Source: Naegleria gruberi | Lineage: Eukaryota | Length of the DNA: 64,000 nucleotides | Reading direction: 5' to 3' (one strand) | Assembly: GCA_000004985.1 (NCBI GenBank) | Contig: GG738849.1 | Shown here: piece by piece, positions 1 through 11,495 of the stretch | How the letters are laid out: every line of letters starts with the position of its first letter | Numbering within the stretch: position 1 is the stretch's first letter | The notes under the pieces: generated by a model | The model's database searches: none | Told to the model about the DNA's origin: nothing | What the model saw: only the letters and a program-made list of their open reading frames with translations | Program-made: the position numbers and the translations under genes

Positions 1-129
1 ATCATACATTAAAACACGCAAATAATCAATCAGACATATTATTAACAAAAGTGATGAGTTTAGTATCAAAGCTGCTTCATCTTCTTGATATTTTGTTTGA
101 TTATTAAAAAACTAGCCGTTAAACAAAAA

Positions 130-390
130 ATGCTTTCACAAACAAACAGCAAGGAATTGTCCTCTCTGATACAACTCAAGCAAAATGATCAGGTGGGAAG
201 GTACTATGAAGTTGTTGCTTCATCATCTACAACTTCATTTGGAAAATTAATTCTCCACGAAAAGCCTTTCTGTTTTATTATTGATGATCGGGAAAGAACA
301 CACTGCTGTAATTATTGCTTCAAGGCTAATATCAAACTCTCCCGATGCAAGGCTTGTAAAGTCTCTCATTATTGTTCCATGAATTGTTAT
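130..390 (+). CDS. SET and MYND domain (SMYD-like) lysine methyltransferase, exon 1 (N-terminal SET part plus MYND zinc finger start)
   Basis: The true ATG is at 130; the 85..129 extension in the ORF track comes from an alternative TTG start. The MYND Cys pattern is CCNYCF...CKACKVSHYCSMNCY. The GTAAGT donor is at 391. Confidence 0.7.
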
Positions 391-466
391 GTAAGTTTTG
401 TTCTTAAGTTATCATCTCTAATAATTGTTTATCCAATTAATTGAATATTAAATATTAATTTAAAAG

Positions 467-1106
467 CATTCCGATCACCATTTGAAAGAATGTAAGGCAC
501 TTGCAACGCATCCAAAAGTAACCAACTCGATTCGATTACTGTTAAAATGTTTCCTATCATGTTCGGATGAGAAACAATTTGAAATGATTCAAAATCTTGC
601 TCCTTCATCTTCATCTGATGAGAAGGTTGAAGATAATCTCATCAAGTTGGCTATATTATTTGCAGATTATGTGAAGGATGTTGATTTGTCGAGTTCTTTT
701 CTTGATAATAGGAAGGAAGATTTGGATTTCATCTACTTGCTGCTATTGAAATTACAACGAAATACATTCTCAATTTGCAATGAGGAAATGAATGCCATAG
801 GGTCTGGAATTTACCTGAAAGCCTCCATGTTTAATCATAGTTGTGTTCCAAATTGTGCAATTTTATTCGATTCAGATAAGAATTTGTATGTGAGGATTTT
901 AAATCCTTCATCGCTGCTTGAGGAGGGAACACCACTGACAATTAATTATGTCGACCTCATGGATTTAACAGCTAATAGACAGAAGAAATTGAAGGAACAG
1001 TATCATTTCACTTGTACTTGTCCTAGATGCCTTAATAGTAATGAGGAAGTGAATGAAAATGTTGACAAGATGATATCAATAGCAAATGAGCACAGAAAGA
1101 ATCAAA
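467..1106 (+). CDS. SMYD-like protein, exon 2 (SET domain core)
   Basis: Acceptor AG at 465-466 keeps the frame of exon 1 (phase 0). The MYND ends ...HSDHHLKEC. The SET signature NHSCVPNC and post-SET FTCTCPRC are present. The GTAAGT donor is at 1107. Confidence 0.7.
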
Positions 1107-1155
1107 GTAAGTAATATTATCGATGCAAAACTTTCTAAATTTTCACTACAAACAG

Positions 1156-1547
1156 ATTTACAAGAGGCAGTTAATTATTTCCAAAGAATTGTTTCAAAGA
1201 AAAGATCTAGTCCATCTCTATTTCATGAAATTTATATGGGCATTGCTCTGAATTCTCTCACTCACTTGAATGTAGACTTGTCAGATTTTAAGAAGGCCTA
1301 CGAATTTGGAATTGAATCATTGGAATATTTTGAAAAGTATTACCCACCATTTTATCCATTATTGGGACTTCAATATTTGACATGTGCCAAGTTGGCTAGT
1401 TATTTGGAAGAAAATGGACAAGCACGTTTGAAAATTAATTCTAGAGATCTTTTCCATAAGTGTTTTGCAATTTTAAATACTTTATTTAGGAATGAGAATA
1501 ATCAACCATTTAATTTGTTGATTGAAAATAATATTTCATTACCTTAA
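1156..1547 (+). CDS. SMYD-like protein, exon 3 (C-terminal TPR-like region)
   Basis: A 49-nt intron spans 1107..1155 with acceptor AG at 1154-1155. The phase-1 junction joins codon A|AT and continues the ORF frame of 1086..1547. Confidence 0.6.
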
Positions 1548-1623
1548 TTTATACTTAGACTCTTTTCGAGGTAGTGGTTTGTTATTACAATATGATACAT
1601 CCTAGGATTAAATTACAAATAAT

Positions 1624-3441
1624 TTAGACCATCACTGGTTCTGTTGGTGGTTCAGTTGCCACCTCTGTGGTACTGGTAGAAGCTGGAGGTGGAATGTTTC
1701 TTCTTGGTGTTTTTAGGATATCTGCTGGTTTCTCTTCATCATCATTACTCGATTGACTTGTGAAAAAGTTATTGGCCCATTTTGAAGCTCTTTCACCATA
1801 AATAATCTCGAAGGCATCTACATTGAAGGTCATGTAAGATGAAAATGCAACAATAACCACCATACAAGCATCTAGGAAAATATTTCTTGTTATTCCAAAG
1901 AATAATCCAATCACATCAAATCCAAATGAATAGGTAATCAGACACAACAAGACAACAATCCAAGTAATGATGAAAATCACTGTCACACCAAGAATAAACT
2001 TGGTGAAACGATATTCAAATACTGGTCTATCGTCCATCTTTCTCAAGGTCACCAAAATTTTCACACCATAAAACGAGAAACCAATAGTAAAGGTCATCAT
2101 GTAAACTAAACCAGCACATGACAATACAATGTAAGCATAACCATAATTACCAGTGGCAACAAAAACAATCAAGGCAATGACTATTGAAACTATCAAGCAA
2201 GAATAAAAGATCGAGAGAATAATCTTATTGTACAGTGAGAGACCTTGCTTTCCATCCTTTCTATTCGAAATATCAATGATGTGAGACCACAAAATAACCA
2301 AAGAACTATATCCACACAAGCAACACAATGCAGTCAATGCTCTGAACAATCCAGAAAAGTAAACATCAAAGAATGGTTTCAGAGAATTGAAATTAAAGAT
2401 AAATCTGAGAAAATTCTCAATCGTTCCACAAGTTGCTGCCAACAACAACCAAAAAACTGGATGACTCACAATATCAAATATATGCCTAATTGAGAATAGT
2501 ACCTTCTTGTATGTTTCCACATTCAGTTTGTTCAGTTTCTTCTTTAGTGTGAGAATTCTCTCAGCAATTCTTGGAATGGAAATGAATAAAAGTAAAATTA
2601 CAAAGAGCGAAGCATAAATCAGAGTGAAAACAATGACAGAATATCGATAGACGAAAGCTGTTTGATAATCCTGATAGAAATCACTGCATGTAAATCCAAA
2701 ATACGAATTGTCATAATTCTGATAATTACACCAACAATTGAAAGGTAAATTCATGGTTGATTTCCAAGAAGCTGAATCAGAATTCCATATAGAATCCATA
2801 TAATACTTGAATATTGTTGTAAGATTGGCCACTTTCATATAAGTATCTTTTGTAGTATTCGAGTCCAGTAAATTATTATTCGAAAGATAATTTAAATAGT
2901 CCCTCTTGAATAATTCTGTTACAATAAACGATGAATCAAACATTGCCAAACTCTTCACTGGTGCTGCTTGATCATTTCCATTACAATGAGTATTCAACAA
3001 ATTCAATACTTTCGAATAATTATTTCCACCAAATAAACTACAATTCTGCAAATTCTCCCTAAAGTCTGATCTCTCACAATATAAACAATAATTCATCACC
3101 GAATCGAGTTGACTTCTTTGTGTCTTGTTATTCAAATCCCATAGATTCGAATAAAAAGATGATGGTTTCGAACACAATAATTCTTGACAATTAATTTCAT
3201 CATTTTCATGTTCATTGCAATAATCCAAGTAATTAGTGTCGAAAGCATATAGTTTAGGATAATAGAATTGGTTAACCGGCGGCAGGTCTAAACATTCATA
3301 TGTCGGATATTTTAATTTACTAACAGAAAAGGATGATGAAGATTCGGCTTGAACTTTTGTCATCATGCTGACGAAGAATAGGATGCTAATTAACAAGTAT
3401 ACGAAACTGTTATTCGAATTGATTAGAATACTTGTCGACAT
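1624..3441 (-). CDS. Seven-transmembrane receptor-like protein with N-terminal signal peptide and large Cys-rich, N-glycosylation-rich ectodomain
   Basis: Single 605-aa ORF. The N-terminus is hydrophobic (FVYLLISILFFVSMM). An ectodomain of about 290 aa has many Cys residues and NxS/T sites. Seven hydrophobic helices follow, then a Pro/Thr-rich cytoplasmic tail. Confidence 0.5.
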   Translation of the reverse strand: MSTSILINSNNSFVYLLISILFFVSMMTKVQAESSSSFSVSKLKYPTYECLDLPPVNQFYYPKLYAFDTNYLDYCNEHENDEINCQELLCSKPSSFYSNLWDLNNKTQRSQLDSVMNYCLYCERSDFRENLQNCSLFGGNNYSKVLNLLNTHCNGNDQAAPVKSLAMFDSSFIVTELFKRDYLNYLSNNNLLDSNTTKDTYMKVANLTTIFKYYMDSIWNSDSASWKSTMNLPFNCWCNYQNYDNSYFGFTCSDFYQDYQTAFVYRYSVIVFTLIYASLFVILLLFISIPRIAERILTLKKKLNKLNVETYKKVLFSIRHIFDIVSHPVFWLLLAATCGTIENFLRFIFNFNSLKPFFDVYFSGLFRALTALCCLCGYSSLVILWSHIIDISNRKDGKQGLSLYNKIILSIFYSCLIVSIVIALIVFVATGNYGYAYIVLSCAGLVYMMTFTIGFSFYGVKILVTLRKMDDRPVFEYRFTKFILGVTVIFIITWIVVLLCLITYSFGFDVIGLFFGITRNIFLDACMVVIVAFSSYMTFNVDAFEIIYGERASKWANNFFTSQSSNDDEEKPADILKTPRRNIPPPASTSTTEVATEPPTEPVMV

Positions 3442-3921
3442 ATTTTCTTCTTGTTGTTTATGAAAACATCATAATCAGGCAGTCTCTCCAAACATACTTT
3501 GGCCATTCGCTTTATTGTCCATTTTGATGAGTCATTGCCAATTTATGGTCGTGAGAGTGTATCTCTCAGATGTTATTAGAAAGTTGGAGAATCTTTTAAA
3601 TGTCCAACAAATGCCAACTCTGAAGTTTCGTTGGAGAGTTCTTATTGCTATTTAGTTAGAATTTGACAATGTTTATTGAGTTGTTGTTGGGTGATGATCA
3701 ATGGAGAAAGGAAACTAAACTAGTTTTCCCTTACTTTCCAAAAAGAATCACATGGTGATTAAACTTATAATTCTCTAATAAATAATTTATTGTGATTCAA
3801 ATCAAATTGTTTATTGCAGAAACCTCAATAAGAAATTTTATTCGAAAGTTATTGACATTCCTACAACACACAACCTGAAAATAAACCAACTCTAATAACT
3901 GTCTGTAATCACATCTCAAAT

Positions 3922-5433
3922 TTAATACAAATTATAAATAAACAATTCCTTCTTTTGTTTTTTCGATAAAATTGAACTCTTCACAGCTCTCCTCTCCACA
4001 ACTCCCAATAATTTACCTTTCCAACACACAAACAATGAATCTAAATGAGTATTCTGATAGAGAATTTGATGAGCTGTGTGGACATCATTCGATTCACTTA
4101 AAACTACATCACAACTTTGATAGTCAATGAGAAGAGATCGTTTCTGGTTGGTGAAATCTCGTTTCGTCTTGTCAGTTTCTTGTTGATTTTCAGATAATTC
4201 ATTCCTTTCAACAATTTCCTTCTTTTTCAAGTATTGTTCAATGAGGGAATTCTTTGAAACCTTTCCAAGTAGAATCAAATCCTTTCTATTATTGATAATT
4301 GGAATAATTTCAACAGTTGAGCTTTTCAATTTTTCCAATATAAACTCCATCACTTCAAACGAAACTTCCTCCTCCAGAATAAACTCCATCTCATCAAAGG
4401 GTTTCATAATAGTCACAAGTTTCAACTCATCTGAATCAGTTTGCTGTTCCAACATGGCATTCCACCCTCTCAAATCAATTACAATATTATACATGCCCAA
4501 TGAAAAGTATTTTGTAATACTCAGTGCAATGACACTTGCAATGAGAGATGGAATATGGGCCCCTCCTCCTGCCATTTCGAGAAATATTACAACTACTGAA
4601 TAGGATTGAGTAACACAGGCAGCACTTGCCACTCCACCAACGAATGCATAAGCTCCAGGTTGTAGGAATTGTTGTTTCTCAGTTTCGTATATGCCAAACA
4701 AGTAGGGAAAACCATTTGGTGCGAGTATGGAAATGATTTCACCCATGATTCGTCCAACAATGGTGCCTAGTAAAATAATGCCATTGTAGGAGCCGCCTGG
4801 AATTGGAAGGACAATTGTGAAAATGATGAGGAAGAATTTGATGACTAGTAAGATGAATAAGGATTCGAATACTTCTGTTGGAGAATTGGTAAACCAATTG
4901 TTTTCTAGGGAAAGACTTTTCGTACTCATCAAATCTTTAAAGAGATTTCCATAGGAGAGTGAAGTGAATTTGCCAAATAAATCTGGGTAGCTCAGTATAC
5001 TTGTCAGTATACTAAACACAATGGTAAGAATAATCTTATTCTCAAATATTTTGAAAATTCGTTGCTTACTTGTCAAATTACTTGTCAAATCCATCCACAA
5101 AATTAAACTTCCAAATTTATCTTTGAGTTTCATCAGGAAAATGTTAATTTGAACGAAAACTATTCCCATCACTCCAATCAATACTCCCAACAATGCAAAT
5201 AAGAGAATTTCAAATGAAGTATATGCAGGATTGACTATCTGAATATCCCAATAAGTTTCATAATCAATATTCAATGTAATGATAGAGTTGAGCGACCTTG
5301 AAACAACAGCACTCAATGTTGCCACAAAAAAAGCTTTGAAATAAGTTCTCATTGAATAATAACCACCCACTAATTCAACTGCAAAGAGAACTGCTCCACA
5401 AGGTGCTGCAAATGCAGCTCCAACTCCAATTGA
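3922..5433 (-). CDS. CLC-family chloride channel, exon 2 (remaining pore region plus C-terminal CBS-like region)
   Basis: A 44-nt intron spans 5434..5477 with acceptor TAG. The exon begins SIGVGAAFAAPCGAVLFAVE, which matches the GxxxGxxxxFxAPIGGxLFxxE motif. It is in phase with exon 1. Confidence 0.7.
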   Translation of the reverse strand, partial: SIGVGAAFAAPCGAVLFAVELVGGYYSMRTYFKAFFVATLSAVVSRSLNSIITLNIDYETYWDIQIVNPAYTSFEILLFALLGVLIGVMGIVFVQINIFLMKLKDKFGSLILWMDLTSNLTSKQRIFKIFENKIILTIVFSILTSILSYPDLFGKFTSLSYGNLFKDLMSTKSLSLENNWFTNSPTEVFESLFILLVIKFFLIIFTIVLPIPGGSYNGIILLGTIVGRIMGEIISILAPNGFPYLFGIYETEKQQFLQPGAYAFVGGVASAACVTQSYSVVVIFLEMAGGGAHIPSLIASVIALSITKYFSLGMYNIVIDLRGWNAMLEQQTDSDELKLVTIMKPFDEMEFILEEEVSFEVMEFILEKLKSSTVEIIPIINNRKDLILLGKVSKNSLIEQYLKKKEIVERNELSENQQETDKTKRDFTNQKRSLLIDYQSCDVVLSESNDVHTAHQILYQNTHLDSLFVCWKGKLLGVVERRAVKSSILSKKQKKELFIYNLY

Positions 5434-5477
5434 CTATCATAATTGTCAAGTCATGTGAAATAAATTGAAAAACTTAC

Positions 5478-6542
5478 AACTCCACATAAAATTAATTGTT
5501 GTCTCAATCGTTTTGATTTTTCAATTGGTTTGAAAATCTTCAATTTAATCAAGTACAATATGAAAATTGTACAAATGTGAATGGTTGGACCCATTTTACC
5601 CAAAACCATCTGAGATCCAACAACCATGGCCACAGTTACAAGTTTTACAATAAATGTTTGTAAACTCATGGCATCTTTCAATTCGGCTCCATTCAAAATT
5701 GCCTTAATATGGGATACTCCTGAGCCCTCTGCTGATGGTGCAATCAATACAACCATCAATAATGTAATTACAATGAAAAATAAATTGAAAATAATCCAAA
5801 CTAGTAATCGAACTCCAAATAAGGAAGAATCAATTTGTTCTACAATTGTTATCCGTCCTTGAAACATATATCTCAATATTAAATCATGCACATAGGCCAC
5901 CACTCCTCCAAAAACACTAGCAATGGTCAATAGCACCCAAATATACTTCTTCTCCATTAAATTCTTCTTCCTCTTCTTGTGTTCTGCATACTGCAAGTCG
6001 TGTGTCAATTTCACAGTTTTGAGTGCCTTGTAATTATTATCATCAAAGTCTGAAATGATTGATAGTGCTCCACCAACAATTGTTTTGTTGCTTTCAAAGG
6101 TTGAATTGTTGGAGCTAATCACGGAAACTGCTGATGGAAACGCCACCATTGAAGGTGGTTGCATCAGAGAGTTGTTTGATTGTTGTATTCTTGTTGTTGG
6201 TTCTTGTTCTTGTTGCAGCTGATTCATAGATGTGAGAATTTGTGTAGTGGCCACTGCTGTTGAAGTTGTTGTTGTTGGAGGAGTTTGGTGGTCATGATGA
6301 ATAATAACAGCATGTCCTTGATCCTCGTCTAACTCCAAGTCAACTATCACTCCCTTGTCATTCTTTGAGTCGTCCTTTGCATTGCGATCCTCATCTCTTT
6401 CTTTTTGGGTCATGTGTTGGATACCACAAAGTTTTGTTGTTTTTTTAGTTTTAGATTTATGGAATGTCCCACCCTCTAGTGAACACAATTGAAACTGATG
6501 CCATTTTGGTAGCCATGTACTGATTTGAATTTCTTTTGGCAA
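5478..6542 (-). CDS. CLC-family chloride channel / H+-Cl- exchanger, exon 1
   Basis: GSGV (GSGIP-like) and GKMGP (GKEGP-like) CLC motifs are present. The GTAAGT donor is read on the minus strand at 5477..5472. The ORF track reads through into the intron to a TGA. Confidence 0.7.
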
Positions 6543-6680
6543 TATTACGTTCCATTAATTGGTGACTTTTTTTTGGTTGACATGTTTGTTGTGAACATAC
6601 AGTTTCATGTTCCATGGAACAAACACACATGTATTCATGTATTATTGAACTGTGTTACAAGGTCAGCAAAAAGAGTGAGT

Positions 6681-7134
6681 TTAATTATTTAGAGAGCCGT
6701 AGGCATACTTTCTTTGTCTGGATCTTAAATAAAAGAAGATGAAGGCAAATAATGTGATAATGTTAGTGACCACAAGGACTGGAGTGATAACAATGAATGC
6801 TGTTGTTACTTCTGCATTTCCACGTTCGTATTTACCAGAGCAAACTTCCAAATTATAGTTTCCACAAACTAGACACCAATCATCTACAATAGAGTTGGCT
6901 TTAAGGACCTTTTCAAAAGTGGTAAGTGGACAAAATTCATCTGGACAGCCCAAACTCTTCAAAGTGAGTGGTGTAAAACTATCATCATCGTATCCGTGGT
7001 TGTAAACTAATCTTACTGCCTTTGAACCATCACTCATAAGATGCAACTCAAATCCTAAATTGGAACCATATGGTGGATGACCACCCATTTGTTGGTAATC
7101 ATTTACAAGCTTCAAGCTTCCAGAAATTGCTTGA
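6681..7134 (-). CDS. Histidine acid phosphatase, exon 2 (C-terminal part with transmembrane anchor)
   Basis: A 51-nt intron spans 7135..7185 with acceptor TTCTAG. A phase-2 junction restores AT|T. The C-terminal hydrophobic helix is VITPVLVVTNIITLFAFIFFYL. Confidence 0.5.
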
Positions 7135-7185
7135 CTAGAAATTTGAAACATTCGAAAATTGATGATGAATATTGCTGCTACTTAC

Positions 7186-8129
7186 ATGGTTGAATCGTGA
7201 GCACTATAGTGCACATACTTGTCCTTCTTTTCGTGCATGACTTTGAGTAAATTCTTATTGAACATACTCATTCCTTCCCTTCCCATCACATAATAGCTGA
7301 AATTCAATCTCAATAATTCGTTTCTCAAGCTCTCCAAAGTTGACCAATTATCAATAACCCATTGTAATTTCAATACTTTGTGAGAATATTGAGTTTGCAA
7401 CAAATCAAACAAAATATGTAAATCAGTATCTGGTCTACCACTCCAACCAGTAATCTTGTATAAATCATCAATAAAAGTTCTATACTTGCTAATGGTATTC
7501 TTATACTCTTGAGTGTTGATAACATCTTTGGTACGTTGTTCGACGCTGTTGCATAATTCAAAACCTCTCAACGTAGCATCAAGTGGTTTCGATTCAGAGT
7601 GAATTGGAATAGCTTGTGTTCCATTAGGTAATGCAAATCCAAGAGATGGTTCAGAAGGATTAACAATTGATTGATATCCAGTTCCTTGTTTAAATAATCC
7701 CATAGAAGCACTCCAAATTGACATTATTGTTCTATCAACATCTGTCGATCTAAAATAATACATTGTTTGATTGTAATTGGTTGAAATTCCATCAATTCTA
7801 GAACTAGATGATTCATTCAAATATCTTCCATACAATACATTTCCCATGTGATTACATTGTTGTTGTCCAAGTCCAGTTAACTGCCCCTCCTTCAATCCAA
7901 ACACATCATACCAATTGAATGGGTCTGTCGGAACAAAATCATTCTCATGAATTGTTGTTCTATCACAATGTCTCGATACCATCTGTACTTGTAATAATTT
8001 TACTGATTGCAATCCTCCCAATACAACATCCAAGCAACAACACACCACCATCACACCCACCATCATGCTCATCAGCAAGACTGTTTGCGACTTGTTGCTC
8101 CTGAAACTCTGCAAAGTTTGAAGGGACAT
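7186..8129 (-). CDS. Histidine acid phosphatase (lysosomal/prostatic acid phosphatase-like), exon 1
   Basis: The N-terminus is a hydrophobic signal or anchor. An RHCDRT motif (RHGxRxP-like) is present. The C-terminal AHDST motif is split by the GTAAGT donor at 7185..7180. Confidence 0.6.
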
Positions 8130-8408
8130 TTTTTTTACAGTTCACTCGTTTTGGACGCATCGAGCATGTCGCTTTTTTGATTCGGGCAACAACAAAGGCC
8201 AAAATCTTCATGTTTTGTGATTGAGTGATTGGTTGAGGTGGGTTGGATAATTTTTGATGATTGTGAATTTCAATAGATTTTTGAAAGATTTTTTCATCTT
8301 AAATGTTGGTTGTATGCTTTGGAATAGTAATTCTTTCATTTGTTCAACAATGGGTCTCTTATGTATTAAGATCATTCCCGCCAAAATTCTCAAAGTTTAG
8401 ATGAAAAT

Positions 8409-9599
8409 GTGGTGGTCTTGTTGCCACTCAATTCTTTCCCTCAAAAAAAAATGAAATCACATCTTCCTTACATTTCATGTTTGTGTAATTCTCTCAAAGA
8501 ATCTACTGATCAATTTGTTTCATCATCGAGTATTAAAATACCAAGGCTTGATTGTTCACTTTCGAATTGTGAGAATGAATTGATTTGTAAATGCTATTCG
8601 GATGGAAAGGTAATTGTAGAGAATTTTAATAGGGATGGCTATTTGTTGAGGCTGAAGGAAGGAGAAGGCTTTAGATATGTTTCGTGTGCTTTCGGATTGA
8701 TTTCTAATAGAAGATTGATGATTCTTGCAAGATCAGACAATATGTTGATTATTCTATTAGAAGGCTTGAATGACAATATTCGAGTGTTTAATCAAATCGA
8801 ATCATTTCTGGTTCCATCTTCTAGTAATGTCTCTTGTCTTGATGTGAATCAATTTAGAGGTAGTAATCTCATTATGAATAGTATTATAGTTGGATGTTAT
8901 GATGGCAGTCTCCATGTATTCACATTGATGTTAAGCAATCAGGATCAATTACTTGTTGCCCATCAACCATTTCCCAATTTTGAGGGCCACAAATCTATTG
9001 GAATCTTAAAGGTTAAGGAAGAATCTAATACCATGATGGTTATTGGGAGCTCAAATACGAACTCTTCATTGCTGTATATTGCAAGAACGGATGGTGTATT
9101 GCAAGTGTGTAGGTTGACAACAATGAGAACGTTAGAAAGTGTAACCTCAGAGATTGAAACTATCAAATGTATTGCAATCAATTCATGTGCTTGTGCATTA
9201 TCATTCTGCGACTTGTTAATAGACAGGGAAACTGTTAAGGTAATTGCAATTTCTGGAATTGATTACTTTTCCATTTATTATTCAAATGATAACTTTGCAA
9301 ATTATGGAAAGATTATTATTAATTTACCAATCCACAGGGTGATTACTTCCATTCTTGCATTAAGGTTAGAAAGAGAGGACAAGGACATGCTAAGTTTATT
9401 ATTTGGTGATGAGCTTGGTCAACTATATAGAGTCAAGATTACAGATCTCAAATGTCCCTCAATAACAATCGAACCAAAGAATCTTCTTGGCACTCCCCAA
9501 TCCTCCTCCATGGTCATGCAAAGTGTCCTAGTAAGAAGATCATCCGACAAGAACTCAATCATCTTTACAACAAGAAGAGACGAAACACAAACATTTTAA
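8409..9599 (+). CDS. Hypothetical protein (beta-propeller-like, no recognised signature)
   Basis: 396-aa ORF. The probable true start is the internal Met MKSHLPY near 8451. I recognise no diagnostic motif. It has alternating hydrophobic strands and Gly/Asp turns. Confidence 0.4.
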   Translation: MVVLLPLNSFPQKKMKSHLPYISCLCNSLKESTDQFVSSSSIKIPRLDCSLSNCENELICKCYSDGKVIVENFNRDGYLLRLKEGEGFRYVSCAFGLISNRRLMILARSDNMLIILLEGLNDNIRVFNQIESFLVPSSSNVSCLDVNQFRGSNLIMNSIIVGCYDGSLHVFTLMLSNQDQLLVAHQPFPNFEGHKSIGILKVKEESNTMMVIGSSNTNSSLLYIARTDGVLQVCRLTTMRTLESVTSEIETIKCIAINSCACALSFCDLLIDRETVKVIAISGIDYFSIYYSNDNFANYGKIIINLPIHRVITSILALRLEREDKDMLSLLFGDELGQLYRVKITDLKCPSITIEPKNLLGTPQSSSMVMQSVLVRRSSDKNSIIFTTRRDETQTF

Positions 9600-9746
9600 A
9601 CCCTCTTCCTCAACAATATTCTCCCAATCCATTCTTTCAACATATGAACACTCCATTAATTGATTGATTCTCAATGATTCTTCTCACTATTTAGGAAAAT
9701 GGAAAACCGTAGTTGATAACAATTTATTAATAAAACATCAAAAAAA

Positions 9747-11063
9747 ATGTTTCCACCCAAATCACGGTCCATGCCACTCGTTCCAACAACATCAAATTCT
9801 TCTTCTCCATCATCGACGGAGAATGATAGTGGCGCCACTAAATACTTTACCAGAGAACAGGTTGCTGAGCACTGTACGGAACAAGATTGTTGGATGATTT
9901 GTCATGGTTTGGTCTATGATGTGACTCACTATTTGAATGAACATCCCGGAGGTGTTCCTCTGATGATGAAGAGTGCTGGAAAAGATTGTACGAGTGATTT
10001 TGAAGCCATGTTTCATAGTCCAAAGGCTAGGAATATTCTTAAACGATACAAGGTTGGAGAATTGGCTCAAGCTCCATCATCATCGAGTTATAGAAGAAAT
10101 TTGTCAGCCAATTCGGCAGTACCTGTCACTTCTCCAAATAACTTATTGTCTCCATTTTCGATACCTTCTGGAAAAGTGGAACAAGTTAATCCGTATAATA
10201 TGAAGAATCGTTCGAGTGGATTTAAGGAACCAGTTAAAACACAAGTAGAAGTGGAAAAGAAGCCAATGGCTGTCGTATCAACATCATTATTTATGAATTA
10301 TAAGGTCATGCTGGTTCAGAATATTACACATGACACAAAAGTATTCACAATGAAATTACCAGTAATTGGAGAATATCTTCCTCTAAAGCCAGGTCAACAT
10401 ATTCAAATTGCATTTCCAGATGAAACTTCTGAAAATTCTCTTTTAGTTCGAAAATACACTCCAACAAATGTGAATAATAGAGGATATTTTGAGTTGACTG
10501 TCAAATTATACCCAGAAGGAAAAATGTCACAAAGATTAGCCAAAATTAAAATTGGAGATGTTCTTTCTGCAAGAGGACCGTTTGGAATGGAGGATTTTGC
10601 AACACGAATTACCAATAGTGATAATTTAATAATGATTTGTATTGGAAGTGGAATTACTCCAATGTATCAAATGATTAAGCATGTTGCAAAAGAAAGAGAA
10701 GAAGGTACCATTATGAAATTGAAAAATATGACTCTATTATATGGCAACAAGACATTACAGGACGCTATTTTTGAAAAGGAATTGACGCAGCTTTCTAAGG
10801 AAGTGTCAAACAACAATTTTGATTTTATTGTGGAACACAAAATCAGTAGAGAAACACCAGAAGATATTGCCAAGAGTGCAAGTGATACATCTAAAAATGT
10901 GCGATATAGTACAGGTAGAATGGATCAAGACTACTTGAAGGATAAGGTTGGCAATTTGTCGAATAGTTTATTCCTTATTTGTGGAACTGATGATTTCTGT
11001 AACTCTACAAAACAACTCCTCCTGAATGTGGGATATAATCAATCTTCCATTCACTCATTCTAA
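9747..11063 (+). CDS. Cytochrome b5 domain fused to NADH-cytochrome b5 reductase-like FAD/NAD oxidoreductase (Ncb5or-like)
   Basis: A b5 heme motif HPGG is present (LNEHPGGVPLMM). The FAD-binding motif is RKYTP (RxYTP) and the NAD-binding motif is GSGITP (GxGxxP). It is a single exon. Confidence 0.7.
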   Translation: MFPPKSRSMPLVPTTSNSSSPSSTENDSGATKYFTREQVAEHCTEQDCWMICHGLVYDVTHYLNEHPGGVPLMMKSAGKDCTSDFEAMFHSPKARNILKRYKVGELAQAPSSSSYRRNLSANSAVPVTSPNNLLSPFSIPSGKVEQVNPYNMKNRSSGFKEPVKTQVEVEKKPMAVVSTSLFMNYKVMLVQNITHDTKVFTMKLPVIGEYLPLKPGQHIQIAFPDETSENSLLVRKYTPTNVNNRGYFELTVKLYPEGKMSQRLAKIKIGDVLSARGPFGMEDFATRITNSDNLIMICIGSGITPMYQMIKHVAKEREEGTIMKLKNMTLLYGNKTLQDAIFEKELTQLSKEVSNNNFDFIVEHKISRETPEDIAKSASDTSKNVRYSTGRMDQDYLKDKVGNLSNSLFLICGTDDFCNSTKQLLLNVGYNQSSIHSF

Positions 11064-11220
11064 TCCTCGCCCCCTTTATATCCATACTTGGTTTCCAATT
11101 TTTGTTTCAACCCGTGACGTCTGTATTTTACACCTGAAATTTCCATCATTGTTTCTAAATTTTCATAAACAGATTCAATTGCTGGTTCAAAATTTTCTCC
11201 TGTTTCACTTTCTTTCAGTG

Positions 11221-11444
11221 TCATACCACTTTGTTCGAGTGCAATTTCTGATGTAGTATGGTATTAAATTCTCTCAATAAAAGCATTACTGCCTCAATAG
11301 TGGAAATTCTTCCCTCTACCTTTCCTGCACGTACTAGACGGAACACATATTTATAATCTTCTGGTAAATCCACTCTGATTCTCTTTAAATTTTTAAAGCT
11401 TTCTTTTCTATTGAGCATTCTTGCGTCATTCCAAGTACCATCAA
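11221..11444 (-). CDS. DTW domain protein, exon 2 (contains DGTW motif)
   Basis: A 51-nt intron spans 11445..11495 with acceptor TCTCAG. The splice gives ...HMFI-IDGTWNDARMLNRKE, which restores the eponymous DGTW motif. Confidence 0.6.
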
Positions 11445-11495
11445 CTGAGAAAATGAGATTGAAATCAATTGTGATAGAAGAATTTTAAAACTTAC

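Noticed and set aside
85-129. N-terminal extension of the SMYD ORF (MIFCLIIKKLAVKQK)
   Set aside because: It begins at an alternative TTG in the ORF track. The first ATG at 130 gives a conventional SET N-terminus.
2245-2493. Many short ORFs of 60-120 aa on the strand opposite to long conserved genes. Examples are 2245..2493, 4241..4603, 5626..5862, 17164..17364, 28255..28794, 31840..32176 and 47066..47848.
   Set aside because: They lie antisense inside well-supported conserved exons and have low-complexity or hydrophobic-repeat translations with no motifs. They are chance ORFs, which is expected in AT-rich sequence.
7963-8211. 82-aa ORF overlapping the start of the histidine acid phosphatase gene in another frame
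   Set aside because: It overlaps the supported phosphatase start codon region and has no motifs. It is probably 5'-UTR or a spurious ORF. An upstream exon cannot be excluded.
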